From positions 96,001 to 160,000 of the forward strand of contig CAXXSM010000130.1 in NCBI GenBank assembly GCA_963663405.2: a stretch of DNA of 64,000 bases, written 5' to 3'. The notes under the pieces were generated by a model. That model worked only from the letters and a program-made list of their open reading frames with translations. It was not told where the DNA came from and ran no database searches. This document shows, piece by piece, positions 19,549-28,422 of this stretch (positions are counted from its first letter, which is position 1; every line of letters starts with the position of its first letter). This stretch comes from a bacterium. GTDB taxonomy: Bacteria > Hinthialibacterota > Hinthialibacteria > Hinthialibacterales > Hinthialibacteraceae. The position numbers and the translations under genes were made by a program.

Positions 19549-21165
19549 TCAACCTGTTTTGAACACATTCTCATCCCGGCATCTCTCCTCTCGAACATGG
19601 TGAATCGCCTGTTGGAGATTTGAACTGACTTGCCCAGCGAGGACTGTTTCCAATCCGGATCGTTCGACAAGCAGATCCGCCGCCAATCCATGCAAATATA
19701 CCCCCACACATGCGGCGTGAAGAGGCGTTAAGCCCCTTGCCAGCAAAGCCCCGATCACTCCTGCAAGAACGTCCCCCATTCCACCTGACGCCATCGCTGG
19801 ATTTCCTGCCGGATTAATGAAAAGTGGGCACCCGGAGCAGGAAACGACTGTTTTGGGGCCTTTTAACACCACGACTCCGTTTGGATTCAGTGTTAAACGC
19901 CGCGCGTATCCCCAACGATCAGATTGTATCTCTTTGGATGTAACACCACATAACCGGGCCATCTCGCCGGGATGGGGGGTAATGACCCACGGAGATTTTC
20001 TTTCCGTTAGTTCTTCTTTTGTTAGAGCGAAGAGACCATCCCCGTCAATCAGAACGGGCGCTTCCACTTCCCGGACGATTTTCCGGACTAAATTCATCGC
20101 CGGCGCATGACGGCTCATTCCCGGTCCGGTGACAACAGCGGAAAATCGGGCGCCATTCGAGAATACTGATTCGAACGCTTCTTCGGCGAGAACTCCTTCC
20201 GGCGTCTCCGGCGCGGGGATCGTCATCATTTCCCATACGCCACCCGCGTAAATCGGTAGCAGGGATTCTGGACAGGCGGTGGTCACCAATCCCGCGCCCA
20301 TTGTAAGCGCGGCTTTCGCGCAAAGTAACGCGGCGCCTGTCATGCCCCGTGAACCTGCAAGAATCGCCAGATGGCCTTCTGTGCCTTTATGGGCCGAAAG
20401 TTTCCTGCGCGGCAACCACGCGCCGATCTGGGACGCGGTTAGCAGTTCCGCTGTGGAATCCGCATTTTCGATCAGGTCTTTTGGAAAACCGATATCGAGC
20501 GTAACAAGCCGCCGGCAGTAGTCCAATCCAGGTGGGAGAAGATGTCCTACTTTAGGCAAGCCCATTGTGTATACAACATCAGCGAATACAGCGTCTCCTT
20601 CCACACGGGCGGTATCCGCTTCGACACCGGAAGGGATATCCACAGAAGCGATGGCGCAGGAACGGGCGCGTTGATTCACGGAATCGATCGCTTCAGCGAT
20701 TAATCCGCGTGGGGCTCCTTTCGCGCCGGTTCCCAACAAGGCGTCGACGAGAAGCCGCGCCGGAGATTGGGAAAAGAAGGCGCTCAGATCGCTTGAATTT
20801 TCACATTCCGTGATCGGGATATTCAACCCTTGCGCGAAGTGGAAATTGGTCCGCGCGTCTCCTTTGAGCGCTTCGCCTTTACCGATCAGCGCCACATGCG
20901 GTTGGAAGCCTCGTTCCGCCAACCGGCGAGCCACGACAAAGCCATCACCGCCATTATTCCCTTTGCCGCAAAGGATTGCGGTTTGATGAAGAATTTCCGG
21001 GGGATAGGATGAGATTAGACCTTCTGTCACACCTTCCCCCGCGCGTTCCATTAAGAATAGACCGGCTATACCCCGTTCTTCGATCGCGATTCGATCGATC
21101 GAAGCCATAACGGTACCCGTCACTACACGCAGAGGATAGGATGGAGACAATACACACTCGCTCAT
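19549..21165 (-). CDS. nnr: Bifunctional NAD(P)H-hydrate epimerase/dehydratase
   Basis: LMERAG, GKGNNGGDG, DALLGTG, VDIPSG, HKG, TPHPGEM, GGMGDVLAG. Confidence 0.95.
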   Translation of the reverse strand: MSECVLSPSYPLRVVTGTVMASIDRIAIEERGIAGLFLMERAGEGVTEGLISSYPPEILHQTAILCGKGNNGGDGFVVARRLAERGFQPHVALIGKGEALKGDARTNFHFAQGLNIPITECENSSDLSAFFSQSPARLLVDALLGTGAKGAPRGLIAEAIDSVNQRARSCAIASVDIPSGVEADTARVEGDAVFADVVYTMGLPKVGHLLPPGLDYCRRLVTLDIGFPKDLIENADSTAELLTASQIGAWLPRRKLSAHKGTEGHLAILAGSRGMTGAALLCAKAALTMGAGLVTTACPESLLPIYAGGVWEMMTIPAPETPEGVLAEEAFESVFSNGARFSAVVTGPGMSRHAPAMNLVRKIVREVEAPVLIDGDGLFALTKEELTERKSPWVITPHPGEMARLCGVTSKEIQSDRWGYARRLTLNPNGVVVLKGPKTVVSCSGCPLFINPAGNPAMASGGMGDVLAGVIGALLARGLTPLHAACVGVYLHGLAADLLVERSGLETVLAGQVSSNLQQAIHHVREERCRDENVFKTG

Positions 21166-21231
21166 GGGAGCTAAACACCATGACGAGGTTAGGAAGGGCG
21201 AATCGGAATTCGTTCCGTATGTGAGACAGCG

Positions 21232-21618
21232 CTATACCATCTCACGTTCTTTCGCTTCGACATCCCGATAGAAGAGATCATGTAACCAGACTAAAATTGA
21301 TACAATAATGAAACCTTTCCACAACGTATCGAAGAAGAAATCAAGCGAAAGTTTTTCGATGTGACCTATACCTATATGAACATCTTCTGCGCCCTGCTTG
21401 ATGATTGTTAACGTATTATCCCAACCGACAAGCATTATCAAGGCGAAGTATTTCTGCACGTAGCAGAATACGATAAAAAAGAGACAAACGACGAGATATT
21501 CCCAAAACGCGAATTTTCGCCTGGGGGTGGATGGTGTCTCCACCTTTTTGGTGTTTTGCGGTTTTGGTGTAGGTTGAATAACGGAAGCCGATTTGCGGCC
21601 TTTCTTTCCTCGTGCCAT
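21232..21618 (-). CDS. Hypothetical small membrane protein
   Basis: Basic N-terminus plus two hydrophobic segments; RBS AGGA. Confidence 0.6.
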   Translation of the reverse strand: MARGKKGRKSASVIQPTPKPQNTKKVETPSTPRRKFAFWEYLVVCLFFIVFCYVQKYFALIMLVGWDNTLTIIKQGAEDVHIGIGHIEKLSLDFFFDTLWKGFIIVSILVWLHDLFYRDVEAKEREMV

Positions 21619-21969
21619 TTCATTCTTTCCTGTTTTGCATTTTACAGGTTAAACGTACATTGTAACTCAAAGATAACGGAGAAAGGAAGGGGAAACTGGT
21701 TCTTTGCGGAAGAAAAAAGTCTTTCAATCTATTTTTTTTGTTTATTGCAATCATAGACAAATTATAGCGCATAATGGGTAGATATTTTTGAGCATTGCAT
21801 TTCTCATTTAGTATAACTATGTTTATCATAATTTTTTTAATTTTTTATTATCGGTATTTCGATCCTTGAATCGAGCATTTGAATATGAGATGATTGTTAG
21901 ATATTTATAAAATGAGCGTTATTCCCTGCGGATGGGATGGCTCCAATTTTTTTTTTAGGAGATCTTTCA

Positions 21970-22811
21970 ATGAAGAGAGTCTTATTTTTTCGCGTTGCTA
22001 GTCGTTGTATTCGCTCCTCTTTCAATCGCGTAATCGATTATAATTGTCACCGATGCGCCTGAAGGTGAAGTCGAGGGATCGGGAAACTTGGGTGATTTTT
22101 TACGGGGTCTTGGGTATACGGTCGACGCCGATCCGGGTGATCCAGACCAGAACGAGGGTGGAAACAGCGCTTTTCGTGATGTTCTGACCGATGAAGAGAT
22201 TGCGCTTCTTGAGATCTACGATCTCGTTATTGTTCATCGTTCGACGAACAGTGGTGATTTTGATCAGAGCGCTATTTTCTGGAATGAGCTGCAAGTTCCC
22301 CTATTGCTTGGAAGTTCTTATTTGGGGGCGCAACACAGATCCTCGTTGGAATTGGGTGATTGGCCCTACCGCCAGAGAAACTTCACAATACTTGGAAGTC
22401 GCTGAACCGGATCACCCGATTTTTACGGGGATTGAAATAGTAGATGGCAAAGTCGATCTCTATACGCAAGATCAAGATATTGATTATCTTGATACCGGTG
22501 GTCAAGAGGGATTGGGGAATGGAATTCTTCTGGCGGAAACCGAGTTAAACTTAGGCACGGCCATAGCTGTTTGGGATGGGGATGGCTCAACGCTGGTTCC
22601 TTTCCAACCCGACGGGATTGATGAGCATTCTTATAGGCGGGTGTTTTTTGCTATGATGCGCTATTTTGAAGACGATGATACTGTCGATATCACTTTCGAG
22701 CAATATTCGGAAAATGGGCTCCAACTGATGGCTAACGCCGTTGAATATACCATGACAGGCGAAGTCACGGGTGGACCTATTACATCTGTGGCGACTTGGA
22801 GTCTTTATTGA
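21970..22811 (+). CDS. Secreted hypothetical protein with C-terminal TSVATWSLY tail (interrupted by indels and a stop)
   Basis: RBS AGGAGA, signal-like MKRVLF..; ORFs 22088-22405 and 22191-22811 join across an indel. Confidence 0.6.
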
Positions 22812-22906
22812 TCGATTGAATGCCGATCATGAATTAGAAATTTTTTAGATATATAATGAGTGTGGGTATAATTTGAGTTTTTCAATACATGTTTTGCTTT
22901 CAAGAG

Positions 22907-23027
22907 GCTGGTCAGCAAGGGGAAGGTTTTTTTCTCCCCTTGCATAATTTTCGGAACGTAGCCAGGGCAGAAAAAAGCCTTGCCCTGGGCGCCCGCGCAA
23001 GCGCCGGTTCTTGCCCTGGTTACCTGC
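22907..23027 (+). repeat. Structured intergenic element, copy B
   Basis: Same hairpin and long stem as copy A, with GTAGCCAGGGCA..TGCCCTGGTTAC and a CGC-GCAA-GCG loop. Confidence 0.8.
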
Positions 23028-23038
23028 GTATTTATAAT

Positions 23039-23064
23039 AGGCGGTCCTTGTGGCCGCCTTTTTA
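23039..23064 (+). terminator. Intrinsic terminator
   Basis: GGCGGTC-CTTG-TGGCCGCC hairpin followed by TTTTT. Confidence 0.65.
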
Positions 23065-23094
23065 TATTCTTACCAATTATTTATTATATTTTGG

Positions 23095-24340
23095 TCATCC
23101 TGGTTGCGTTTGATCGGATTCTTCTTCTTCCAGCGGTTCTTTTCTCTCATCCGGAATTTCTTCTATTGTTTCTGTTTTAAGGAAGGTTTCTTCTTTCTGG
23201 TCGTGCGTTTCTTCGTTCTCAGGAGGATTCTCTTCTTCGGTCTCGATTTCTAGGCTGGGATCTTCATTCTTTTCTAATGCCTCATTTTCTTCACGAGGGA
23301 TTTCTATATTTGTTTCAATTTCTTGGGTGATTTCTTCTTTTTTGTCCAACACTTCTTCATAGGGGATGACACTAGGTTTTTGGCAAATTAGAAATGAATG
23401 GTTATGTTGGAGTATATTCAGGTCGATGAACATCTTTTCCACTTCCATGATTAATCGAATGATGGCGATATGTTCCCAATGGTTTTCTTCATCGAAATTG
23501 CCCATGATGGCGTCAAAGAGGAGATGAAGAATCGATCCACCGTAATTTTTCTGCTCAATGACGTTGAAACGTTCATAGAGGGCGGGGATGATGCGCTCGG
23601 AGGAGATGGCCTCGAACGCGAGGTGATCCCGCATGTATTCGATTGTCGGGCGTTCAATCATGTATTTCACTTTGTCTGGTTCGCGGAGATTCCGGATCAG
23701 ATCGGAGGGAAGACAGGATAGCAGCCGATTGGTGACGCCGATTTGCGCTTGCGTCCATTGAAACCGGTTCGGTCCGATATATTCATTTACGATTAAATAC
23801 CCTTCGGGTTTCAACCAGACTTTCAGGCAATCCAGACATTCTTCCAAACGATCGAAGTGATGAAGGGCCATGGACACGACGATTAGATCATAGCGGTTTT
23901 CGTTCTGGGTGTGATCCAAGTGATTCGCATCGGCGGTGAAATAAAGCGTTCGTTCGGCCAATCCTTCTTTTTCGGCGTTTTTTCGAGCGGATGCGATCGC
24001 TTGCGCGCTGATATCGAATCCTTCCATACGTTGGGTGAGTTCCTGCCGCAGAATTAGATGACATAATTCACCATGTCCGCATCCGACAGTCAAACCGAGA
24101 GGAAGGGAGGATTGGCAGTATTGATCTTTGAAATAATCCAGCCAATTGATATCGGACCGTCCGGAGATGCAGGTATTGATATGCCGCCGGATGAGAGGGG
24201 AATCGAACCAGGATAGAGGGGTGTCTTTTTTTTTCCCGTCCCCACAGTTCGGCCTCCCTTTCAGCCATCTTTTTGTAGGAAGTGTCAATTGTATCAGCGG
24301 CTGTTGTGGTGATTTGATTGTTTGGTTGGGAGGATTTCAT
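23095..24340 (-). CDS. Class I SAM-dependent methyltransferase with acidic C-terminal tail (indel near the 24226-24234 homopolymer)
   Basis: TVGCGHG, GFDIS, MALHHF, LKPEG..NEYIGPNRFQW; ATG 24340 overlaps the upstream stop. Confidence 0.8.
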
Positions 24341-25221
24341 GACCGCAATTCAAATCCTTTCCCTGATTCGTGCAGGATTAATTCGTATAGATAACAGCGG
24401 GCTTTCCATCGATTGAGCGCGTGGATCATTTGGCGCGATTCTTCCTCCTTTTGTCTGAGGAGTGTTTGGAGATCGAGCGTTTGTTTTGTTGTCTGTTCTA
24501 ATAAATAACTGAGGTTATTGGTATGTTTCACAAGAGCTTGTTTCTGACCGGTCGTGGATTCTGAGATTTGCTTCATCTCTTTTTTAATGATGTCTTCCAG
24601 ATTGGCGGCGTGTTTGCGCAGTTCCTTGTTCTCTTCTCCGACGAGATTCGTGAGGTGTTTTGTATTCTCCTCGGTGAGATGTTCAAGATTACTCGCATGA
24701 GCGACGCTGGTGCCTAAAAGGCTGTCGATGTTTTTTACATGCTCCAGCAAACTTTGATTCTGTTGCTGGGTTAGATTGGCGACATTTTTCATTTCTTCAC
24801 GCAGAAGCCGTTCAAGGTTATGTGAATGGTCTGTGTTTTTATCTAAAAGATCTGATAAGTTCTGTGAGTGGTTCAGAAGTTTTTGATTTTGTATTTCGAT
24901 TAGATTGGCGAAATGTTTCAGGCTTTCCGCAGTGAGATGTTCAAGATTGCGTGAATGATCGAGCAGTTTTTTACAGTGCTCTTCGAGAATTTCGGTTTGC
25001 TTCCGAACTATATTCTTGAGATCAGCAGTCTCTTCGTTAAGAAGATGTTCGAGGTTTTTCGAATGATGGCTGCATTCCTTAAGGAGATGTTCGAGATTAT
25101 GTGAGTGTTCCATCAAGCCATCGCGATGACGCTCCACCATCGCCAGAGATTCTTTCAGTGGATTGGTTAGGGTACTTTTTTTTTGTATTTTTTTGGGAAG
25201 ATTCTTGACTGTCATCCTCAA
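24337..25221 (-). CDS. Coiled-coil protein built from HxxN[LI] repeats
   Basis: 11 HxxN[LI] motifs in a heptad-like helical sequence. Confidence 0.7.
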   Translation of the reverse strand: MRMTVKNLPKKIQKKSTLTNPLKESLAMVERHRDGLMEHSHNLEHLLKECSHHSKNLEHLLNEETADLKNIVRKQTEILEEHCKKLLDHSRNLEHLTAESLKHFANLIEIQNQKLLNHSQNLSDLLDKNTDHSHNLERLLREEMKNVANLTQQQNQSLLEHVKNIDSLLGTSVAHASNLEHLTEENTKHLTNLVGEENKELRKHAANLEDIIKKEMKQISESTTGQKQALVKHTNNLSYLLEQTTKQTLDLQTLLRQKEEESRQMIHALNRWKARCYLYELILHESGKGFELRS

Positions 25222-25353
25222 AACCCTTGTATATGATTAAACGATTCCTAACACAGTGTTAATTAATCATTTTATCGTTTTTCGAGAGGCCTGTACAACC
25301 GCTAAGGAATAATGAAACGGTAAAAAAAGAACTTTCCTTCCGCGATGGCCTTA

Positions 25354-25383
25354 TTGACGTCCCAATCAGGGAGTATCGATAAT
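25354..25383 (+). promoter_or_regulatory. Candidate sigma70 promoter
   Basis: TTGACG-18 nt-GATAAT upstream of small ORF 25437. Confidence 0.4.
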
Positions 25384-25436
25384 CAGGGCTTTTATGCGTC
25401 TATATACCGTGTACAATATTCGTGGAGTTTTGAAAG

Positions 25437-25553
25437 ATGAATAAAACACACAATCCACGCAGCGCCATCAATTTACTTCGCCTGATCGCTCTTACGATCG
25501 TGACCGGCGTTGTCTATGTATTGCTCAAAATTCAGGGAAAACTGCGGATGTAA
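25437..25553 (+). CDS. Candidate 38-aa single-pass membrane peptide (not in ORF track)
   Basis: MNKTHNPRSAINLLRLIALTIVTGVVYVLLKIQGKLRM; GGAG 9 nt upstream. Confidence 0.45.
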   Translation: MNKTHNPRSAINLLRLIALTIVTGVVYVLLKIQGKLRM

Positions 25554-25590
25554 TTCCGTTTACCTTCTATCCACTTTTCCACTTTCCGAA

Positions 25591-27157
25591 TTATTCTTCT
25601 GTTTTTCGTTGGAAATAGATCATCCGAGCGTAATAGGTTTCTTTTGTCGCAATCAGTTCCGGCGCTTTGAAATGGCGTTCAAGGAATTCCCGGACCGGTT
25701 GAAGATGGGGATCCTGGTCTTCGAAAATTTGATGGTAATATTTCCCATACATCACACAGAGATCGATCGGCAGCGTTTCCCAATATGCGGTGGTTTTTTT
25801 CATATCTTCTAATGTGAGATACTTGCGGCCGGCGGTATTCATAAATGGAGGAATGCGGACTTGGCGATTTCCCCGGATGGAAGGAGGAACTTCTTTGTCC
25901 GTCCAAATATAAAACGCTGAATTGACAAAACAGAGAAGGTATTCTGACGGACAACGCCGTTGGATAAAAGCGGCGAAACCACGTTCATCCTTCAGTGTAA
26001 TATTTGGATATTGCCAATTTGATCGCGGCCAGAACGGCGCCGTACAAAGGAGTATCAAGACGATTGGAATGGCGGGATGGAGAAGGATTGACATCCTGAC
26101 GGGTATTTTTTCCATTAACCAGGCACAAAAACCACCCGCGAGGATACAAGCGGGCGCGGTGATCACCAGCATGTAATGCGGCCAGACGTGACTTAAAGCG
26201 AAGAGGTTGACTCCAAATTCCAAGACCAGCCAGACAGCGGGTATCCACAACAGCCGGAATCGTTTTGAAAGAATTGCCATGACGCCAAACAACGCAAGAA
26301 ACCAGACGAGAGGATTAAAATGCGCGATCATCCGGAATTCCATCCACCGGTCCAGCAGTGTGTAATGAAAGAATCCAGCCATCGCGGTGTTGGCCCCTAT
26401 CAGATCGTAGAAAAAAGGCTCCATCGCCCCAATCGAGACGATCACAATCAATAGAAGAATCAATGGAGGTAGAAATCCGGCCAAGAACCACATCAGGTTC
26501 CTGGCAATGGACTTTTTTTCTCCATAAAAAAAATCCCGCCAGCGCCAGAATAGGAAGAATCGTCACTCCCGTCTGTTTATTCAATATACAGAGAGCGCTG
26601 AATAGACCCGCCAGCGTCATGTATAACGCTTGGTTGCGTCTGCGTCCTATGGTGAATAGGGCGAGCGCCCAGATCGACAATTCCGGCGCCAAAGTTGAGA
26701 CATGCAAGGCTTTCGCCCAAATCGCGGAATAGGGATCGAACGCCAACCAGCATGCGGCGAATAATCCTGTCTTTTCATCTCTCAACTCCCGTCCAAGAAG
26801 CCAAATTGCGAAGATGGAAGAGATGGAGAATAGAATCATGAATATCCGGACAGGAACGATTGGAACGCTTGAAAACAGGAAAAACGGGAAACTCAAGATC
26901 GAGACAAGTGGCGGTTTGTTCAGATGAACATCTAAATAGGGCAAATGCCCCCGCATCCATTCTCTCCCTTGCATGAGATAATCGCCTTCATCTACATTCG
27001 TGCCACAAAAGAGAGTCCAGCTGCGAAGGATCAGCGCCAGCAGCAGAACAGCCGCAATTGGAAGATACGGCTCCATCCAGTTCTTTGAAGGTATTTGAAC
27101 TTGTTGTGCTCTATTTTGGGAAGAAACGATGGAATGGCTATCTGCTTGGCTATCCAT
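25591..27157 (-). CDS. GT-C membrane glycosyltransferase (ArnT/PMT-like), split by an indel near 26510-26535
   Basis: NVDEGDY, NKPPL, LNKQTG, WPHY; multi-TM; two overlapping ORFs join at homopolymer runs. Confidence 0.75.
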
Positions 27158-27178
27158 ACCAAACCTTTCTTGGAGGAA

Positions 27179-28240
27179 CTAGGTACCTTTATTTATATTC
27201 ATGGATTTCCCGGACGGGAGAATATCCAATATAGTTTCGGGAATATTGTCGTTATATTCCGGATCGAAGAGATGACACGACACGGTCCGGTCTCCTATTT
27301 GTCTCAATTGGGGTTCTACAACGCCGCAAGGTTCGAAACAATACCGGCAGCGGGGATGAAAGTGGCAGCCTGGTGGGGTGTCCATTGGATTGGGAACATC
27401 GTCTTCTAGGAGTATCCGTTTTCTCTTGCTTGTTGGATCGGGAATGGGAACCGCTTCAAGAAGGGCTTGGGTGTAAGGATGTTTTGGTTTGGAAAAGAGC
27501 GCGTCCGTTTCAGCGAGTTCAACGATTTTCCCTAGATACATGATGGCCATGCGGTCGCTGATGTGACGGGCGATAGATAAATCATGTGTGATGAAGAGAT
27601 AACTCAATCCAAAACGATCCTTCAAGTCCATCAGTAGATTGACAATTTGCGCCTGGATTGACACATCCAGCGCTGAAACCGCCTCATCGGCTATGATTAG
27701 TTCCGGTTCGACGGAAAGGGCGCGGGCGATGCCGATGCGCTGACGCTGCCCACCGGAAAACTCATGTGGATACCGTTTCAGATGATCTTCCCCCAATCCG
27801 ACGGATTGGAGCAGTTCAATACATCGTTCCCGGCGCGCTTGCCGTGTGGCCGCAAGGCGGAAGATCGACAACGGTTCGCTGATTGCGCTACCTGCGGTCA
27901 AACGGGGATTGAGCGAGGAATATGGATCTTGAAATACGATCTGTATCATTTTCCGGTATGGGCGCATCGCTTTTTGAGATAGCGTCAACAGATTGGGGGA
28001 ATCCTTGAACCGCACATCGCCACTCGAAGCGTCCAGAAGACCCAGAATCATACGTCCCACTGTTGTTTTTCCACATCCGCTCTCACCCGCTAGACCCAGC
28101 GTTTCCCCTTTGTGAATCGTAAATGAAACACCATCCACTGCTTTGACATGATTCACGACACGCCCGAATACCCCTTTGCGGACGGGGAAATGTTTTATTA
28201 GATCCGTGACGGTTAAAAGCGCTTCTTTATCCACTTTCAC
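27179..28240 (-). CDS. Oligopeptide/dipeptide ABC transporter ATP-binding subunit (OppF/AppF-like)
   Basis: GESGCGKT, FQDPYSSLNP, YPHEFSGGQRQR, HPYT, GCHFHPRC. Confidence 0.95.
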   Translation of the reverse strand: MKVDKEALLTVTDLIKHFPVRKGVFGRVVNHVKAVDGVSFTIHKGETLGLAGESGCGKTTVGRMILGLLDASSGDVRFKDSPNLLTLSQKAMRPYRKMIQIVFQDPYSSLNPRLTAGSAISEPLSIFRLAATRQARRERCIELLQSVGLGEDHLKRYPHEFSGGQRQRIGIARALSVEPELIIADEAVSALDVSIQAQIVNLLMDLKDRFGLSYLFITHDLSIARHISDRMAIMYLGKIVELAETDALFSKPKHPYTQALLEAVPIPDPTSKRKRILLEDDVPNPMDTPPGCHFHPRCRYCFEPCGVVEPQLRQIGDRTVSCHLFDPEYNDNIPETILDILPSGKSMNINKGT

Positions 28241-28422
28241 TTTGCTATGTCCTCAGAATCGTTGTAACACATAGTGCCCAGAACGGATGAAACGGTCAAT
28301 GGCTGACAGAAGGATCAAGAAAAGCGCGGACAAGTATCCAAAATGAAATTTTTTTTTATTGAGGATAAAAACGTATATAATTACTGTATTAGTAATTTAT
28401 TATTCTTATTCAATCACATTTT

